From the human T2T-CHM13v2.0 reference genome, Homo sapiens, in the NCBI RefSeq assembly GCF_009914755.1, contig NC_060947.1: DNA of 64,000 nt. One strand, 5' to 3'. Made by a program: the position numbers and the translations under genes. Under the pieces are notes generated by a model that saw nothing but the letters and a program-made list of their open reading frames with translations, had not been told where the DNA came from and ran no database searches. This document shows positions 52,993 through 64,000 of this stretch, one piece after another. Positions within the stretch are counted from its first letter, which is position 1, and each line of letters opens with the position of its first letter.

Positions 52993-53227
52993 CAGCCATC
53001 ATCACAGTCTTATTTATCTCCCTGGAATGAAACCTCACATATATCCCCAGCCCTGGCAACCACCAGTCTACTTTCTGCCTTTATATATTTGTCTTTTCTG
53101 GATATTTCATATAAATGGAATCATATAATATATGGTCTTTTGTGGCTGGCTTCTTTAACTTAGCATATGTTTTCAAGGTTCATATATGTTATAGCATGAA
53201 TATTTTATTCTTTATTTCCTGATAATA

Positions 53228-53528
53228 TAGTCACCCCTCAGTATCCGTGGGGCATTGGTTTCAGGACCCCTCATGGATACCAAAATCCATGGATACTCAA
53301 GTTCTTTATATTAAATGATAAAGTATTTGTATATCACCTCTACACATCCTCCCATATACTTTAAATCATTTCTAGATTACTTATAATACCTAATAAAATG
53401 TGAATGCCATGTAATTGATTGCTATACTGTATTGCTTTTTAGTTTGTATTATTTTTTATTATTGTTATTTTTTTCCTGAATATTTTTGATCTGCAGATGC
53501 GGAACCCATGGATACAAAGGGCTCACTG
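53228..53528 (+). mobile_element. MER2 (Tigger-family MITE) nested in L1M
   Basis: TA-tagtcacccctcagtatcc...ggatacaaagggctcactg-TA. Confidence 0.8.
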
Positions 53529-54109
53529 TATTCCATTGGATCAATATACCACAGTTTGTTTATCCTTTCATCAGTTGATGGGCATTTGGGTTGTTTCATT
53601 TTTTGGCTATTGTGAATAATACTGCTGTGAACATTTGTGTACAGGTTTTTGTGTGACATAATATTTTCAGTTTTCTTGGGTAGGTACTGAGAAATGGAAT
53701 TGTTGGATTATAGGGTAAATCTGTGTTTAGCATTTTGGGAAACTGCCAAAACTTTTTTTCCCTATGTCTGTACCATTTTACATCCCTGCCAGTAATGTGT
53801 GAGGGTTCCAGTTTCTCTGTATCCTACTCAGCACTTTTAATTATCTAATTTTTGAGTGTACTAGTTTTTTAGTGTGCCTAGTGGGGTAGAAAATAAAGTT
53901 TTAAACTTTGATAAAGTCCAGTTTATCAGCTTTGTAACACAACTTTTTATTGCTTGTGTTTTTGTTGTTGTACCTAAGAAATCTTTGCCTAACTCAAGGT
54001 CATGAAGACTTACTCCATAGTTTATTTAATCAGGTGCTTCAGTGCTTTGCTTTTACAGAGTGCTGCAGTAAATAGTCTAGTAAAAGTGTCTCTCTCTCTA
54101 TATATATAG

Positions 54110-54408
54110 TTTTTTAGAGACAAGGTCTTGCTCTCTTGCACAGGGTGGAGTGCAGTGGTGCAATCAGAGCTCACTGCAGCCTTGAATTCCTGGGCTCAAG
54201 TGAATCCTCCTGCCTCAGCCTCTCGAGGAGCTGGGACTGCAGATGCACACCACCATGCTCGGCTAATTTTTAAGTTTTTTTTTTGCAGAAATAGAATCTC
54301 ACTATATTACTCAGGCTGGTCTCAAACTCAATCACTGGCCTCAAGTAATTCTCCCACCTCGGCCTCCCAAAGTGCTGGGATTACAGGTGTGAGCCACCGC
54401 ACTTGGCC
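54110..54408 (-). mobile_element. Alu (AluJ-like)
   Basis: Both arms in antisense. Confidence 0.88.
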
Positions 54409-54419
54409 TGTCTTTTAAT

Positions 54420-57855
<3,436 letters not shown>

Positions 57856-57858
57856 TAG

Positions 57859-58642
57859 TGTGAGGATATAGGAAAAAACTCAGTTCCTCCTATACTCTCA
57901 CAACACAGAACATTTCTGTAACAAAATGTGTGTGGGTTTTCCCCCTGCATACCTGGCAAGCAATCAGTTCTGCAGTGGCTGCTGGTGTCCTCTAATTCAG
58001 TTCAATTCTGACATTATCTACCTGGAGATAGTTTCAGATCCCACAGAGTGAGAGCTAAGTCCCACAAGACTACCCCCACTTCAGATGCCATTGCAGGCCT
58101 CCGGAACTTTTGAATGACTGGCTATATAAATCGGGGTTCCCATGACCCTCTCCTTGGTTCCATTAATCTGCCAGAGTGGCACAGACCTCAGCAAACAGTT
58201 AGGGTTTACTGTTTTATTATAATGGGTACAGATGAAGAGATGCATAGGATGAGGTCATGTGGGAAGTGGCATGGAGCCTCCATGCCCTCTCTGGGCATGT
58301 CACCCTCTAGGGACTTCCGCTTGTGCAGCTATCCAGAAGCTCTCCAAACCCTGTCCTTTTGGGTTTTTATGGAGGCATTATTATGTAGGCATGACTGATT
58401 AAATGATTGGCCACTGGTGATCAGCTTAACCTTCAGTCCCTTTCCTCTACCCAGAGGTTGGAGAATGGGGCTGAAAAGTCCCAACGTTCTAATCATGCTT
58501 TGCTCTTTGCTGTGACCAGCCCCCATCCTGAAGCTACATAGGGGGCTGCCTGCCCTGAGTTATCTCATTACAGCCCCCAACCTGAAGCTACATAGGTGGC
58601 TGCCTGCCCTGAGTTATCTCGTTAGCATAAAAGAGACACTCA
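57859..58642. mobile_element. MER21-like LTR, truncated on the right
   Basis: ctctcacaacacagaacatttctg...gtttcagatcccacag...gaagctctccaaaccctgtccttttgggtttttatggaggc. Confidence 0.75.
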
Positions 58643-58643
58643 G

Positions 58644-58915
<272 letters not shown>

Positions 58916-59337
58916 AAAGTAAACAAAACCGACCTTTTTCTTATTTTTTTTTTCCACTTTAAGAAAAGAAAGAAAAGGTTTTGAATTCTGGAAGCAATGC
59001 CTATCTGAATAGAACCATTGATTAAACGTTATGGTAACATGGAAGGATGGAGAACAGTGTTTCAGTTTGAAAAACTAGTTGGTCTGTTACAAGATATGCA
59101 GGATATGTATTTTTTTGTACATTGATTGATTAAAGTATTTGTGGGTACAGTTTCTTAAAATAGTGATCAATTCATTATTTTTTTATAACCCTAATTTTAT
59201 AAAGGGTTTGATAGAGTTGTGCTAAAATTTAGTTTGGGACACCGAAAAAAATTGATTATTAAATTTAACATACATACTATCTATATGAATGTAAATATCA
59301 GCTTTATAATATTACTGCTGAAGAATATCACATAGTA

Positions 59338-59397
59338 TTAGGTTGGCGCAAAAGTGATTATGGTTTTTGCCATTACTGCAGTTACTTTTGCACCTAA
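59338..59397. mobile_element. MADE1 (Hsmar1 mariner MITE), internally deleted
   Basis: ttaggttggcgcaaaagtgattatggtttttgccatta...ttacttttgcacctaa palindrome. Confidence 0.8.
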
Positions 59398-60251
59398 GAT
59401 TCAGTTTGTTGAAGAGATTAATTCACATTTTTTGGGTATGCTAATTATAGATAATTCTTATCCTTAAAACAGTTTCACTAAAAAGTTCTAAATAATACTG
59501 TTTTACTGCCTGATTCAGCATATGCTTGAAAATTATACTGTACTTCTTACCAGCCCTGAATTTGTGCTGGCCGTATTTTCCTAATTGGGCCTGATTGGTA
59601 AGGTTTTCTTCTGTATGGTCTTATTTTTTCATCAGTATTGTACTGGTGTGGGATTATGGGTTAATGTCAGGTAGGAGAGAAATGTTGAAGAGAGAATTTT
59701 TGTAACAGGAGAACTCAAGGTTCTTCTAATTCAGATTTGTTTTTTGAATTCAGAAATATATTCAGTATTTAAATGTATCAGTCTGGAAATGCTTCATAAT
59801 ATGAAAATATTTAGAACCTGTAAGGAAGACAGAACTATAATTAATATTTCAACAAGTTTATTGCTTAACCTGAATTTTTTTTAAAAGCCTAACTTTTTTG
59901 CTTAGAAGAGACCAAGAGAGTGAGCTCTTTTAAAGAAAAGTTAAAAAGCAGTATATTTTGGAATAAGGATTAGATTCTTTGGAAATTTTACAAGTTTAGA
60001 AGCAGAACACATCTTAGAAATTATTATCTAATTCCTTTACTTTATGGACTAGACATGGTGCATCCCGGTGATTAAGGAAGCCCCCCAAGTCAGCACAAAT
60101 AGGTAGTGGATAAACTAGTGGAATCTGTGCTCATTTTCTGACTTTCCGGTGGCTTTTTCAGTTATACAGTTTAGGCTAGTCTGGCTTTCACATTTGTTGA
60201 CAGGGTCTCTTTTGACAATGCAGAAATGAATAAGATAGTTCCTGCTCTCCC

Positions 60252-64000
<3,749 letters not shown>

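Overview
AT-rich primate (most likely human) genomic DNA from inside the X-linked gene KDM6A (UTX), transcribed on the + strand. Only two coding exons are present: 38126-38234 (109 nt) and 51511-51560 (50 nt). They splice in frame to give [53 protein letters not shown], part of the N-terminal TPR region. The YPK and LQSDY residues favour KDM6A over UTY. The rest is intron: about 37 Alus (about 27 antisense), two near full-length Tigger1 DNA transposons in opposite orientation plus an internally deleted copy, several MITEs, three TSD-flanked solo LTRs, a MER21, old L1M fragments, and a broken L1PA running off the right end. Nearly all ORFs in the supplied track are repeat-derived. I see no new protein-coding system. 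The best leads are (1) a tiny poly(A)-tailed, TSD-flanked retrocopy of an LTR-derived hairpin ending in an ACA box, (2) a perfect p53 response element in a MER61-like solo LTR 1.1 kb after exon 4, (3) a palindrome over the exon 4 branch-point region, (4) a CTCF-like site, and (5) several mechanistic scars (internally primed Alu, fold-back at a Tigger deletion junction, tandem duplications). Repeat family names and exon numbers are from memory of consensus sequences, not from a search.
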